From assembly GCA_047623825.1 (NCBI GenBank), contig JBLHOS010000002.1, positions 39,776-103,775 on the forward strand: a stretch of DNA of 64,000 nt, in the 5' to 3' direction. Source of the stretch: Paracoccaceae bacterium (GTDB lineage: Bacteria; Pseudomonadota; Alphaproteobacteria; Rhodobacterales; Rhodobacteraceae). How positions within the stretch are numbered: position 1 is the first letter of the stretch; every line of letters starts with the position of its first letter. Positions 48,199 to 57,985 of this stretch are shown here, in pieces. The translations under genes were made by a program, and so were the position numbers. The notes beneath the pieces are model-generated. The model was given only the letters and a program-made list of their open reading frames with translations. It searched no databases and had not been told where the DNA came from.

Positions 48199-48972
48199 TT
48201 TGATCTGTCCAGAGATGGCATGGGCAATACGAACAAAGGTGCTGCGGTAGGGTCTGTCATCATGGGCTCCGATCAGGGTCCCCTGAAGAATGGAATGTAG
48301 TTGCCTTGGGTGCAACTTTAATCAAACGCACGACTGCCTTTGCCCTCAGAAGTGCCCATAAATTAGGATATCCATCAGATAAAACCAGCCAGCACAATTA
48401 TAAGTGAGTATAAGTTTGGTGTTGAATTTTAACTGTATCATCGGCGTCCCGACTGCCAAATATTAAAAATAAAATGCTGTTTACCACGACATTTAGTGAA
48501 CTGGCACGTGTTGCGCAAAACTGTCGGATTACCCCGTTCGAAAAGGCGAATGCGCGGGCAGGGGGCTGTCCAAATGATGCTATCAGAGGCAAATCGCACG
48601 ACTGAGATAAACGGCACCACTTTAGATTTTCTGCCACATCGTGTAATTTCAATACCCGGCATGTCGTGACGCTCGGATATCGAAATACCCAGTCATGCTG
48701 GGAACCTATCCTTCTGTCGAAGACATGGCTTACGTCGTTGTTCGCTCAATGAAACCTGCGACTTTCAGGGCTCCTCACATCGATCAGGCGCATGCAAATA
48801 AAGCTTGGACTGATGCCTTTGACTAACGCTTAGTTGCTGTCTTTGGGTCCGGACCAGGTAGCAAGTTGAGAGGATGGTGGCGTTGAAAAGATTGCGTCAC
48901 AGCCCATTAGTCAGCATAGTCTTTGAACAAAAAACCCATGTTTGAACGCCGCCAACGTTAAAGGATCACCTC

Positions 48973-49308
48973 ATGAATTTTCCTGAATTTATTTTGGCAT
49001 TCCCGTCACTCGATGTTCCGTTCTCCGAGAGCATCGTGCAAACACGCGCGGTCAAGTCCGAGGCGGGGCTTGTTGTATTTTTTACCTTCCTGCAAGATCT
49101 GGTGCTGCCGCCACATTCCCACGGCGCGCAATGGGGTACGGTCGTAGCGGGTGAAATTGAATTCACCATCGGGGGACAGACACGGGTCTACGGCCCGGGT
49201 GATAGCTATTCCATTCCTGCTGGTGTTGAACATGGCGCAACCATCAAGTCGGGCTCAAAGGTTATCGATGTCTTTGAAGAGGCTAACCGGTACGCGATCA
49301 AGCAATAG
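48973..49308 (+). CDS. Cupin-domain protein
   Basis: 111 aa with the cupin motifs PPHSHGAQWGTVVAGE and GDSYSIPAGVEHG. Confidence 0.75.
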   Translation: MNFPEFILAFPSLDVPFSESIVQTRAVKSEAGLVVFFTFLQDLVLPPHSHGAQWGTVVAGEIEFTIGGQTRVYGPGDSYSIPAGVEHGATIKSGSKVIDVFEEANRYAIKQ

Positions 49309-49575
49309 CTGATGAAAGTGTCATCTTCTGGTCCCAAGCTTTGTGCAAACAAACAACCGGCTAGTTGTTCCTTAAAAGTGTGCTCTAGGGATCTGATTTT
49401 AAGTGAAATAAGATGGGATCTTATTTTGTACGCAGATAACTATTGGTTGGTATTTGGCAAATAGGATCAGGCTCATTGACTGGTGCGTATTTGGCACAAG
49501 TTATCCGCTGCGCACCGACATGCGAGTGCTACAAGGCCAACTCTAGCGACGCCAAACATCACCAAAGTTAAGATT

Positions 49576-52500
49576 TTAGGCGTCGACAGGCGCTGATTTA
49601 GGTGTCGGGCGTACCTTGAAAACCGCAAGATAAAGAGCTGGAACAAAGACCAATGTGATAATCGTCCCAACAATAATCCCGCCCATCATCGCGTAGGCCA
49701 TTGGTCCCCAGAATATCTGGCGAGAGATCGGGATCAACGCGAGACTTGCCGCCGCCGCTGTCAAAACGATCGGACGGGCTCGACTATTGCTGGCCTCAAA
49801 AACGGCATCCCATGCGCTGCGACCCTTGTCGCGCAGCACCTCTATCTCATGCACCAGAATGATGGAGTTTCGGATCAAGATACCGATAAGGGCGAGGACA
49901 CCGAGGATCGCCACAAATCCCAAAGGCGCGCCAGACGGAACCAACGCGGCAACGACGCCAATCAACCCAAGAGGCGCCACACAGATCACGACAAAGCTGA
50001 GCCGGAATCCCTGCATTTGCACCATAATCAGCACCAACATGATCAACACCATCAAAGGCACCACGGCAACGATGGGCGCCTGGCTCTCGGCACTGGACTC
50101 GACTGAGCCACCGACTTCGACATGGTACTCAGCTGGAAGCATCGCATTGAAGGCCTCTAGTTGGTCTGCAAGATCTGTAACAATTGTTGCGGGCTGGTCA
50201 GTTGTGGAAATCGCAGCCGCGACCGTAATCGTCGGCCTTCGGTCGCGCTGATGGATGACGGGCTGTTCGGTCCCATATTCGAAAGTAGCGACAGCGCGTA
50301 GCGGAATGATCGTCCCATCCGTCGTGCTGATCTGCAGGTTCGACAAGGCCTCAACGGATTGCCGGGCGGATGCATCGCCGCGCGCAAGGATGTCGATAAG
50401 ATAATCCGCATCCCGTAGCTCTGTGATGCGGGCACCGTCATAGATCGCGTATAATGATGTGGCGATGTCGCTGGCGGTTATACCAAGCTGGCGGGCCTGA
50501 TCTTGCAAGATGTTGACCGTTATGACTCGTGCGGGCTCATTCCAGTTCATCACGATGCTGGTTAAACGGTCATCTGTCGCGACAAGGGCTGCCAAATCTC
50601 GTGCAATGTCGCGTGTCATATCGATATCGGGACCGCTAAGGCGGTACTGGACTGGGCGCCCGACAGGGGGGCCAATTTCAAGTAATTTAATGAAGTTATC
50701 GACGCCAGGGAATTCGGTCGCGGCAATCTGGTTTAGCTCTGCACGTAGGGCATCTCTGGCTTCTATTGATGGGGTTTGTATCACAATTTGGCCGGTATTG
50801 GCGCCCGGCGTCGGCACATCATACGACAGCACGAACCGGGGTGCGCCACGACCAACATAAGACGACCAGAATAGCACATTTTCATTGTCTTGCAGATGGC
50901 TTTCCATGCGGCCCATCTGTGCCTGCGTAGCCTCAATCGAGGCGTTTTGTGGTAGGGTCATATCCACGATCAACTCAGGTCGGTCGGAGCTGGGAAAAAA
51001 TTGCTGCTCGACGAAACGCATGCTGTAAATCGACAGGGCAAAGGTCACGACTGTCAGTGTGATAGTCAGCCAACGAAACCGCATCGCGCCGCGTAATATG
51101 ACCTGAAAAATCCGTCGGGTCAGGCCGGGATTGTCTGCGTGATGCACGACTTTGGTGGTCAGTAATGTCACCCCGATCAGGGGCGCGAACAAGACGGCAA
51201 CGACCCAAGACACGACCAGCGCCACCGCGATCACGACAAACAATGAAAAGGTGAATTCCCCCGCCGATGAGGTGTTTAGGCCAATTGGTATAAAGCCTGC
51301 GACGGTGATAAGCGTGCCGGTAAGCATCGGAAAGGCAATCGAGGTCCATGCGTAAGAGGCCGCTTTGGTCAGACTTTCGCCGATCTCTAGTCGCGAGATC
51401 ATGGTCTCGATCGCAATCATTGCATCATCGACCAGAAGGCCCAATGCAATGATCAGCGCGCCCAATGAAATCCGCTGCAGTGTGACGTCGAGATAATACA
51501 TGATCACGAATGTGATCGCTAAAACTAAGGGAATGGTCAGGGTTACAACCAGGCCGGCGCGTAGCCCCAAACTAACGAAACTAACGGCAAGGACGATAAG
51601 GACGGCCTCGATCAGTGCGGTAATGAAATGACTAACAGCCTCCTCGACAACATGCGGCTGATCCGCGACCTGATGGATTTCCAGACCGATCGGTAGTTCT
51701 GACTGTGCCTGCGCAATCACCGCTGAAAGTTCTGCGCCGAAGTCAACGATATTGGCCCCGGTGCGCATGCCGACAGACAGTCCAATGGCTTCGCGAGCGT
51801 TGTAGCGGAAAAGCTCACTTGGGGGATCTTCATAGCCTCGCCTGATATCTGCCACGTCAGTCAGCCGGAAAAACCGATCACCGACGCGCAGATTGATTTC
51901 CTCAAGGCTATCGGTGTCTGAGAACTGCCCGCTGACGCGCACCAGCACACGCTCTGGTCCCGCGTCGATCACACCAGAAGGAATGATCGCGTTTTGTGCG
52001 GCAAGCGTGGCCTGAACGGCATCTTGGTTTAGACCAAGGGCTGCGAGGCGATCAGTTGAGAATTCCAGATAGATTACCTCATCCCGCGTGCCAAAAATTT
52101 CGACGTTGCCTGCGTCATCAAGTGCCTGAACCGACCGGCGGATCTGTTCGACGTAATCGCGTGTTTCGCGTGGTGAGAAGCCATCGGATGTGACTGCATA
52201 GATGTTTCCAAACACATCCCCAAAGCTATCGTTGAACAGAAATCCACCAAATTCCGATGGGAAATCGCCACGGATATCAGCCATCATGTTGCGGACTTCC
52301 TGCCAGATAATCGGCAGATCGGCTGCATTCGTCGTCGGCAAAAGTTCTATATAGACAATCGCCTCACCCGGCCGGGTAACGGAGCGGGTGAAATCAAGCT
52401 GATCAAGATCCTCAAGCTTCTCTTCGATCCGGTTGGTGACTTGCATCAACGTCTCTTGCGTGTCCGCGCCGGGAAGTGCGGCCGCGATGATCATTGTCTT

Positions 52501-52635
52501 GATTGAGAAATTTGGATCTTCTTCACGCCCGATGCTCATATAGGCCAGCGCGCCCGCGACCAGTGAGATGATCATCAAGAACCAAACGAATGACCGATGA
52601 TTAAGCGCCCAGTCAGACAGATTAAACGGTTTCAT
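49576..52635 (-). CDS. RND-family efflux transporter permease (AcrB/HAE type)
   Basis: 1019 aa with 12-TM RND topology and two large periplasmic loops. The N-terminus is MKPFNLSDWALNHRSFVWFLM. The start overlaps the adaptor stop (ATGA). Confidence 0.9.
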   Translation of the reverse strand: MKPFNLSDWALNHRSFVWFLMIISLVAGALAYMSIGREEDPNFSIKTMIIAAALPGADTQETLMQVTNRIEEKLEDLDQLDFTRSVTRPGEAIVYIELLPTTNAADLPIIWQEVRNMMADIRGDFPSEFGGFLFNDSFGDVFGNIYAVTSDGFSPRETRDYVEQIRRSVQALDDAGNVEIFGTRDEVIYLEFSTDRLAALGLNQDAVQATLAAQNAIIPSGVIDAGPERVLVRVSGQFSDTDSLEEINLRVGDRFFRLTDVADIRRGYEDPPSELFRYNAREAIGLSVGMRTGANIVDFGAELSAVIAQAQSELPIGLEIHQVADQPHVVEEAVSHFITALIEAVLIVLAVSFVSLGLRAGLVVTLTIPLVLAITFVIMYYLDVTLQRISLGALIIALGLLVDDAMIAIETMISRLEIGESLTKAASYAWTSIAFPMLTGTLITVAGFIPIGLNTSSAGEFTFSLFVVIAVALVVSWVVAVLFAPLIGVTLLTTKVVHHADNPGLTRRIFQVILRGAMRFRWLTITLTVVTFALSIYSMRFVEQQFFPSSDRPELIVDMTLPQNASIEATQAQMGRMESHLQDNENVLFWSSYVGRGAPRFVLSYDVPTPGANTGQIVIQTPSIEARDALRAELNQIAATEFPGVDNFIKLLEIGPPVGRPVQYRLSGPDIDMTRDIARDLAALVATDDRLTSIVMNWNEPARVITVNILQDQARQLGITASDIATSLYAIYDGARITELRDADYLIDILARGDASARQSVEALSNLQISTTDGTIIPLRAVATFEYGTEQPVIHQRDRRPTITVAAAISTTDQPATIVTDLADQLEAFNAMLPAEYHVEVGGSVESSAESQAPIVAVVPLMVLIMLVLIMVQMQGFRLSFVVICVAPLGLIGVVAALVPSGAPLGFVAILGVLALIGILIRNSIILVHEIEVLRDKGRSAWDAVFEASNSRARPIVLTAAAASLALIPISRQIFWGPMAYAMMGGIIVGTIITLVFVPALYLAVFKVRPTPKSAPVDA

Positions 52636-53696
52636 GGCATCACCCGTGGTCCGACGGTTTGCCCGTCTTCTAAAGAATGGATGCCTTTCAAGACAACCTC
52701 ATCACCAGCTGAAAGCCCATCGACGATGCGGACCCGCGTACCAAATTCGGCGCCGAGGGCAATTTGCCGAGGCGATACAGTGTTGGAGGCGCGATCAATG
52801 ATCCAGACGGCAGGCGAAGTTTCGATGTTCAGAATTGCGGAGCGCGGTATGCTAAGGCTGACGGCCGAACTTGCAGTCAGTGAGACTTGTGCCAATGCGC
52901 CCAGCCGAAAACCCGAGGGGGGATCATCTAGCGTCAGATGTAGGCGCCGGGTCCGGGTTGTGCGCTCTGCGACCGGATCAATTCGGTAAAGGGTTGCCAC
53001 GGCAGTCACCTCAGATGCGGCCGCCAACCGGGCGTTAAAGGTCGCCCCGACATCAAGGCTGGCGATGTCTTGTTCGGTCAGATCAAAGACAATTTCGCGT
53101 GCAGCTGTTCCAGCAAGTCTGACGATCGCCTCACCTGCGATTAACGTTGCGCCGCGTTCTGCGTATACCGCAACGATGATCCCGTCTTGTGGCGCTGTCA
53201 AAGTGGCATAACGACGAATATCCTCGGCCCTTGCCTGCGCCGCCTCGGCCTGATCCAACCGCGCTTGGGCTGCAATTAATTGGCGTGATGCATCCTCTAG
53301 ACGCGTGCTGGTATCGACGCCGCGGGCAACAAGGTCGCGCGCGCGCGCCTCGGCATCCTCGGCAGATCGAAACTGTGCCGTGGCCACCAGAACTCTGGCC
53401 TCGGCGGCCCGCAGATCCGCGTCCAACTCCTCCGGATCAAGCTGTGCTATGATATCTCCTGCAATGACCAGATCGCCAACCTCGACAGGGCGGCTGGCCA
53501 CGGTGCCAATGACTGGAAACCCAAGATCCGCTTCGGTTCGCGCAGCGACTGCACCAACGAAACTTTGTTGGTTTGCCGATGTCAGATCAACGATCTCTGA
53601 TACGATGGGGCGCGGCGCCGTCAGGGCACCCAAATCACCCACCTCATCGCCAAACGCCGGGACTGCAAGAACAACCAAAAGAAGCAATACTCTCAT
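52632..53696 (-). CDS. RND efflux periplasmic adaptor (membrane fusion protein), copy B
   Basis: 354 aa with a signal peptide, a coiled-coil hairpin (LDADLRAAEARV...LDQAEAAQARAE) and a beta-barrel C-terminus. Confidence 0.85.
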   Translation of the reverse strand: MRVLLLLVVLAVPAFGDEVGDLGALTAPRPIVSEIVDLTSANQQSFVGAVAARTEADLGFPVIGTVASRPVEVGDLVIAGDIIAQLDPEELDADLRAAEARVLVATAQFRSAEDAEARARDLVARGVDTSTRLEDASRQLIAAQARLDQAEAAQARAEDIRRYATLTAPQDGIIVAVYAERGATLIAGEAIVRLAGTAAREIVFDLTEQDIASLDVGATFNARLAAASEVTAVATLYRIDPVAERTTRTRRLHLTLDDPPSGFRLGALAQVSLTASSAVSLSIPRSAILNIETSPAVWIIDRASNTVSPRQIALGAEFGTRVRIVDGLSAGDEVVLKGIHSLEDGQTVGPRVMP

Positions 53697-54745
53697 TGAC
53701 CCGGCTCCGAAAATGAAACGACGCGACCGGGATAAAGCAGTTGCGCCCCCTGAGTGACCACCAACGTCCCGTCGGCAATACCGTCCATAACGACGATCTT
53801 GCCGGTCTCAAACCGATCCACCAGAACGTTCTGTAGTGAAACGGTATTGTCGTCAGGATCAACCACCCACACGGCAGGGCCTTGCTGCGTGGCGGACATG
53901 GCCTCGAACGGCAGCACGACACGACCCTCGCCTTGGTTGCGCGCGATACCGCGGACCGGGTCGCGGTACGTGACCCCCGATGGTGCGCCCGACACCGTCA
54001 GCGTTACCTCGACCGTTCCTGTTGTTGCATCCACCAGCGGAGACACCTCGCGTATCGTCCCATTAAAGACGTTTGAGGGTTGATCGAGCAGCGATAGCTC
54101 AATCTCGGTCGATGCACCGCTCTGTGTCAGCAGCGCTTCGGGCACTTCAAAAACCGCATCCAACCCGTCGCCCAATGCCAGTTCAAGCACTGGCTGTGCC
54201 GCACCAACTACCTGACCGGGTTCGATCATGCGGGCGGTAACGGTTGCAGCGGACGTGGCGTAAAGAACGGTGTCGTTAAGGGCTTTTTGTGCGCGGTCCA
54301 GATCTGCCATGGCCTGCGCCAAAGTACCCTCGGCCACCCGCAATGCATCCTCAGCGTTGTCGCGGCCGACCCGGGTTGTCACACCGCGATCCAGTAAGGC
54401 GGACTGCCGGTCCAGATCTTCTTGCGCTTGCTGGAAATCTGCGCGGGCAGTTGTAACGCCCGCCACCGCGGCGCGCACTGCCTGCTCTTGCTGCACGGAC
54501 TCAATTCTGGCCAGCACTGCGCCGGCCTCGATGATATCACCCTCTTCAACGTCCACCGAGGTGATCCGCCCGCTTGCGGAAAAAGACACCGTCAGGGTGT
54601 CCTGTGCCACAAGCTCGCCTATCAGGGTGTCGATATTAACGTCCTGAATTGATGTTGCTATGATGACCCCGACATTCAACGGGGCGTCGGCAAAGGCGGG
54701 GAGGGCCAACACGAAAACGGCGCCCATAGCTCGCAAGAATACCAT
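53693..54745 (-). CDS. RND efflux periplasmic adaptor (membrane fusion protein), copy A
   Basis: About 350 aa with signal peptide MVFLRAMGAVFVLALPAFA and a coiled coil (ADFQQAQEDLDR...LAQAMADLDRAQKAL). It is clearly distinct in sequence from copy B. ATG 54745 chosen; the ORF-track start is 54835. Confidence 0.85.
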   Translation of the reverse strand: MVFLRAMGAVFVLALPAFADAPLNVGVIIATSIQDVNIDTLIGELVAQDTLTVSFSASGRITSVDVEEGDIIEAGAVLARIESVQQEQAVRAAVAGVTTARADFQQAQEDLDRQSALLDRGVTTRVGRDNAEDALRVAEGTLAQAMADLDRAQKALNDTVLYATSAATVTARMIEPGQVVGAAQPVLELALGDGLDAVFEVPEALLTQSGASTEIELSLLDQPSNVFNGTIREVSPLVDATTGTVEVTLTVSGAPSGVTYRDPVRGIARNQGEGRVVLPFEAMSATQQGPAVWVVDPDDNTVSLQNVLVDRFETGKIVVMDGIADGTLVVTQGAQLLYPGRVVSFSEPGQ

Positions 54746-55305
54746 TGTCACCTCGTTGTAAAAAAAGATTTTTTGACCGAATGCAATGTTTTTATAGCTT
54801 AATGTCAACATGATGGGAACGCATCGTTTGTTCAATAATTCTGTTTTGAGCGGCTCCTGCCAGCAGCCCTTGGCGCGCAGTGTAATCTAATATGATGAGT
54901 GTCGGGACCAGGCCGTTCGCTGTAAATGTAAGCTTGATGCTTGCAATAAAGAAAATGCGTGCAATCACCCGTTGGACATCAGCTGGCCAATTTCACCTGT
55001 GCGATACGCGGAAAGCTGCGCCGCAGAGCATCGTGATGATCAGCAGGCCGCGCCAATTGCACCAACCCGTTTCACCTACATCAGCACTGCAGCGCCATTT
55101 CGACATTCCTGTCAGATTGCCAAACTATTGACCTCTGGCGATTTGATCGAAGACCGCGACCATCATCCAGAGATCTAAAGCTCGGAGCCATCGGCTGCAA
55201 AAAAATCAAGCATAAGCAAAATCTGCAGGCCGATGGTTTGCTAAGGAATGGATGGAGTCCTTTGGCCCCATATTCCCGAAGTTGAACGCCTCCTGTTATT
55301 TTGGC

Positions 55306-56949
55306 TCAGGTGGCGGCGCGCTCAGAAACCAATCCCTTAAAGATCGCGTAGCACATGAACAAAAGAACGACCGTGAACGGCAGGCCTGTTGAAATCACCA
55401 TAGACTGCAGTGATCTTAGCCCCCCAACCGAGAGCAACAGCACGATCGCAACTAATCCTTCGAACACGCACCAGAACACGCGCTGTGGGAGAGGTGCATC
55501 GATCTTGCCACCGGACGTAATTGTATCGATGACCAAAGATCCTGAATCCGACGAGGTCACAAAGAACACGATGACCAGAACGATCGCGATCAGCGACGTG
55601 ATCCCCGACAGCGGAAGCGCATCCAGCATGACAAATAGCTGTCGTGGTAGTTCGGCATCCTGCGCCGCAGTATAGCCGTCTTGCACGACTTGCTGGATCG
55701 CAACGCCGCCAAAGACGCTCATCCATAAGACGCAGACCAAGCTAGGGATTAGCAGCACGCAGGTGATAAACTCACGTACAGTGCGGCCTCGGCTGACGCG
55801 GGCGATAAACATACCAACAAAAGGTGACCAGCTGATCCACCATGCCCAGTAGAACGATGTCCAACCTTGGCTAAAGTTCACGTCCTCACGACCAAATGGG
55901 TTGGCAAGGGATGGCAGATATTCGGCATAAGCACCTAGCGACGACACAAAAGTCGACAAGATTACCATCGTTGGACCGACCAGCAGTACGAAGGCCAGCA
56001 ACAGAAACGCCAACCCCATGTTCAACTCCGATAAGATCTTTATGCCGCCATCAAGGCCACGCAGCACAGACAGCAGCGCAATGGCCGTGATGCCCGTTAT
56101 CAAAAGCACCTGGGTCGTCGATCCGATTGGCACCCCGAACAGCTCATTCAAGCCTGCATTTGCCTGTGTTGCCCCGAACCCAAGCGATGTTGCCAAACCA
56201 AAGAGTGTGGCAAAAACGGCCAAGATATCGATGAAATGACCGGGCCAGCCCCAAATGCGTTCGCCCAGAATGGGGTAAAAGGCCGAGCGGATCGTCAGTG
56301 GCAGCCCTTTGTTGTAGCTAAACAGAGCCAAAGCTAGGCCCACGACTGCGTAGATCGCCCAAGGGTGCAGGCCCCAATGAAAGATAGTTGCAGCCATGCC
56401 AAGCCGTATCGCTTCGGCTTGATAGCCTGCCGCGGCACCAACGGGTGCCCAATCGCTCCGAATACCGTTCTCGCCAACAGACGTACCACCCAATGCACTC
56501 GAAAAGTGCGACATAGGTTCTGAGACGCCGTAGAACATCAAGCCGATACCCATGCCCGCTGCAAAAAGCATCGAGAACCAAGTCAGATAGCTATATTCGG
56601 GTTTTGCAAGGACGCCACCAAGACGGACATTTCCCAGTGGGGTGACAATCAACATCAGGCAGAACAGCACGAAAATGTTAGCCGAGGCGATGAAAAACCA
56701 ATCAAAGCCTTGTGTGACCACGGAAAATAGCCAACTGAAGACCGCTCCAGACTGCTCAGGCAGGGCTAATGTATAAATAACGAATGCAATTATGCTGAGT
56801 CCAGATACCTGGAAGACAGGGTTGTGAATGTCGAAACCAAAGCGTCCGACTTTGCCCTCCAAATTCTGCTGGCCGATGATGTAATTCGTATCGATTACAT
56901 CCGCCGCACCGTCTGGGGATGGAATACCCGACGTTGGGATATCTGTCAT
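55306..56949 (-). CDS. BCCT family (betaine/carnitine/choline) transporter
   Basis: 547 aa, 12 TM. The Trp-rich segment GWTSFYWAWWISWSPFVGMFIARVSRGRTVREF is the BCCT signature. Confidence 0.9.
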   Translation of the reverse strand: MTDIPTSGIPSPDGAADVIDTNYIIGQQNLEGKVGRFGFDIHNPVFQVSGLSIIAFVIYTLALPEQSGAVFSWLFSVVTQGFDWFFIASANIFVLFCLMLIVTPLGNVRLGGVLAKPEYSYLTWFSMLFAAGMGIGLMFYGVSEPMSHFSSALGGTSVGENGIRSDWAPVGAAAGYQAEAIRLGMAATIFHWGLHPWAIYAVVGLALALFSYNKGLPLTIRSAFYPILGERIWGWPGHFIDILAVFATLFGLATSLGFGATQANAGLNELFGVPIGSTTQVLLITGITAIALLSVLRGLDGGIKILSELNMGLAFLLLAFVLLVGPTMVILSTFVSSLGAYAEYLPSLANPFGREDVNFSQGWTSFYWAWWISWSPFVGMFIARVSRGRTVREFITCVLLIPSLVCVLWMSVFGGVAIQQVVQDGYTAAQDAELPRQLFVMLDALPLSGITSLIAIVLVIVFFVTSSDSGSLVIDTITSGGKIDAPLPQRVFWCVFEGLVAIVLLLSVGGLRSLQSMVISTGLPFTVVLLFMCYAIFKGLVSERAAT

Positions 56950-56963
56950 AATATCTCCGCCCT

Positions 56964-56979
56964 ATCCCGAGCTCGGGAT
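56964..56979. promoter_or_regulatory. Perfect 16-bp palindrome ATCCCGAGCTCGGGAT immediately upstream of the BCCT ribosome-binding site
   Basis: Read directly. It lies 15 nt upstream of the BCCT start codon and is followed by a second inverted repeat, TTGATC-AGCAG-GATCAA, at 56979-56995. Confidence 0.35.
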
Positions 56980-57417
56980 TGATCAGCAGGATCAAATTGG
57001 TGGATGATCATATCATTTCTCCTCTAAAAGGCAGGGTTTCGTCAGCGAAAAAGCGCTGCTTTGGTGTTGTTTACGCAAACAAAATTGTGGCTATGTGCCG
57101 TCCTCACGTCTCTTAGGGTCGTCAGGCGTATCTTGACCCGGACCGCGCGACCACTTTTGCGGGTACGCTTAGCCACAGTTAATGCAGGGAAAAATGGGCA
57201 GATTCGCCTGAATACCAAGAAATCTATGGTATGTTTCACGATCGGGCACTGATCTGTGTTAGCCTCAAAAAGCTTCTTTTTTCATCAGATGATGACGCGG
57301 CAGTTGCCTGCGATGCGCAGCAAGGCTGCACGCGCACGAAGGCTGATGAACTCAGGCCCCACTGTCCGGGAGACATTGCGGCTATTGTCTTGGAATGACT
57401 GAGCCGGTGGCCCCGGC

Positions 57418-57880
57418 CTACACTGAGCAGCGCATCAAAATAAAAGAAGACCAACCAAAATTACCCTCCGCCGATGCACAATCCGCAGCAACCGTGAGAA
57501 GGATGCACGAAGCCGTCTTTGCCCATGAAGGCCGCTGTAAGTCGCTGAAGGGAAGGTCAATTGGCACCGCTGGACTATTTAGGCTAGGCGCCTCTTTCAG
57601 ATCATCCTGACCCTCTTGCAGGCCATTCACGGCAACTCCGCCCCGGTCCAGATATTGCCTGTCTGCATAGGTGGCGGCCATGATTGGCAGCGTCGCATCG
57701 GCGGTCTATGGAAACAGCACTTTGGCACTTCCGCAGACTTGCGGCAGTTGCATGTCGAACAGGATGAAGATGCGCAAAAGTGAATGATGGCATATCTGGT
57801 GCTTGCAGATTGGGCGGCGCAAGGGCGATCCCCCTGCAGCTAAGGCGATGCGGGCGTTGAATTTTCTAGCCGAGAATGCA
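57418..57880 (-). pseudogene. Decayed response-regulator receiver domain (in-frame stop, no start)
   Basis: One minus-strand frame reads ...SLLRIFILFDMQLPQVCGSAKVLFP*TADATLPIMAATYADRQYLDRGGVAVNGLQ... This parallels the receiver consensus DlillD-iqMPgmdG ... iPiialTA...dre..l.aG, but is interrupted by a TAG. The N-terminal part is missing where the IS fragment begins. Confidence 0.3.
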
Positions 57881-57893
57881 TGAGGGGATTTTG

Positions 57894-57962
57894 ATGAAGA
57901 CGATCAGATATAACGCGCCTCAGATCCTTGCGATCCTAGGCCAAGCCGAAGGCGGTGTGACG
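57894..57962 (+). mobile_element. IS3-family OrfA (HTH_Tnp_1) N-terminal fragment, truncated
   Basis: MKTIRYNAPQILAILGQAEGGV resembles the start of IS3-type OrfA proteins (MK..RFT..QII.IL.qaEaG). The similarity is lost after about 23 codons. Confidence 0.45.
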
Positions 57963-57985
57963 TTTTTCAGTCCTTCGTGGTGGCG

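Noticed and set aside
48398-48662. 84-aa and 74-aa minus-strand ORFs in the AT-rich gap
   Set aside because: They are mutually overlapping frames with no SD and no motif. They are reported only as part of the gene-free stretch finding.
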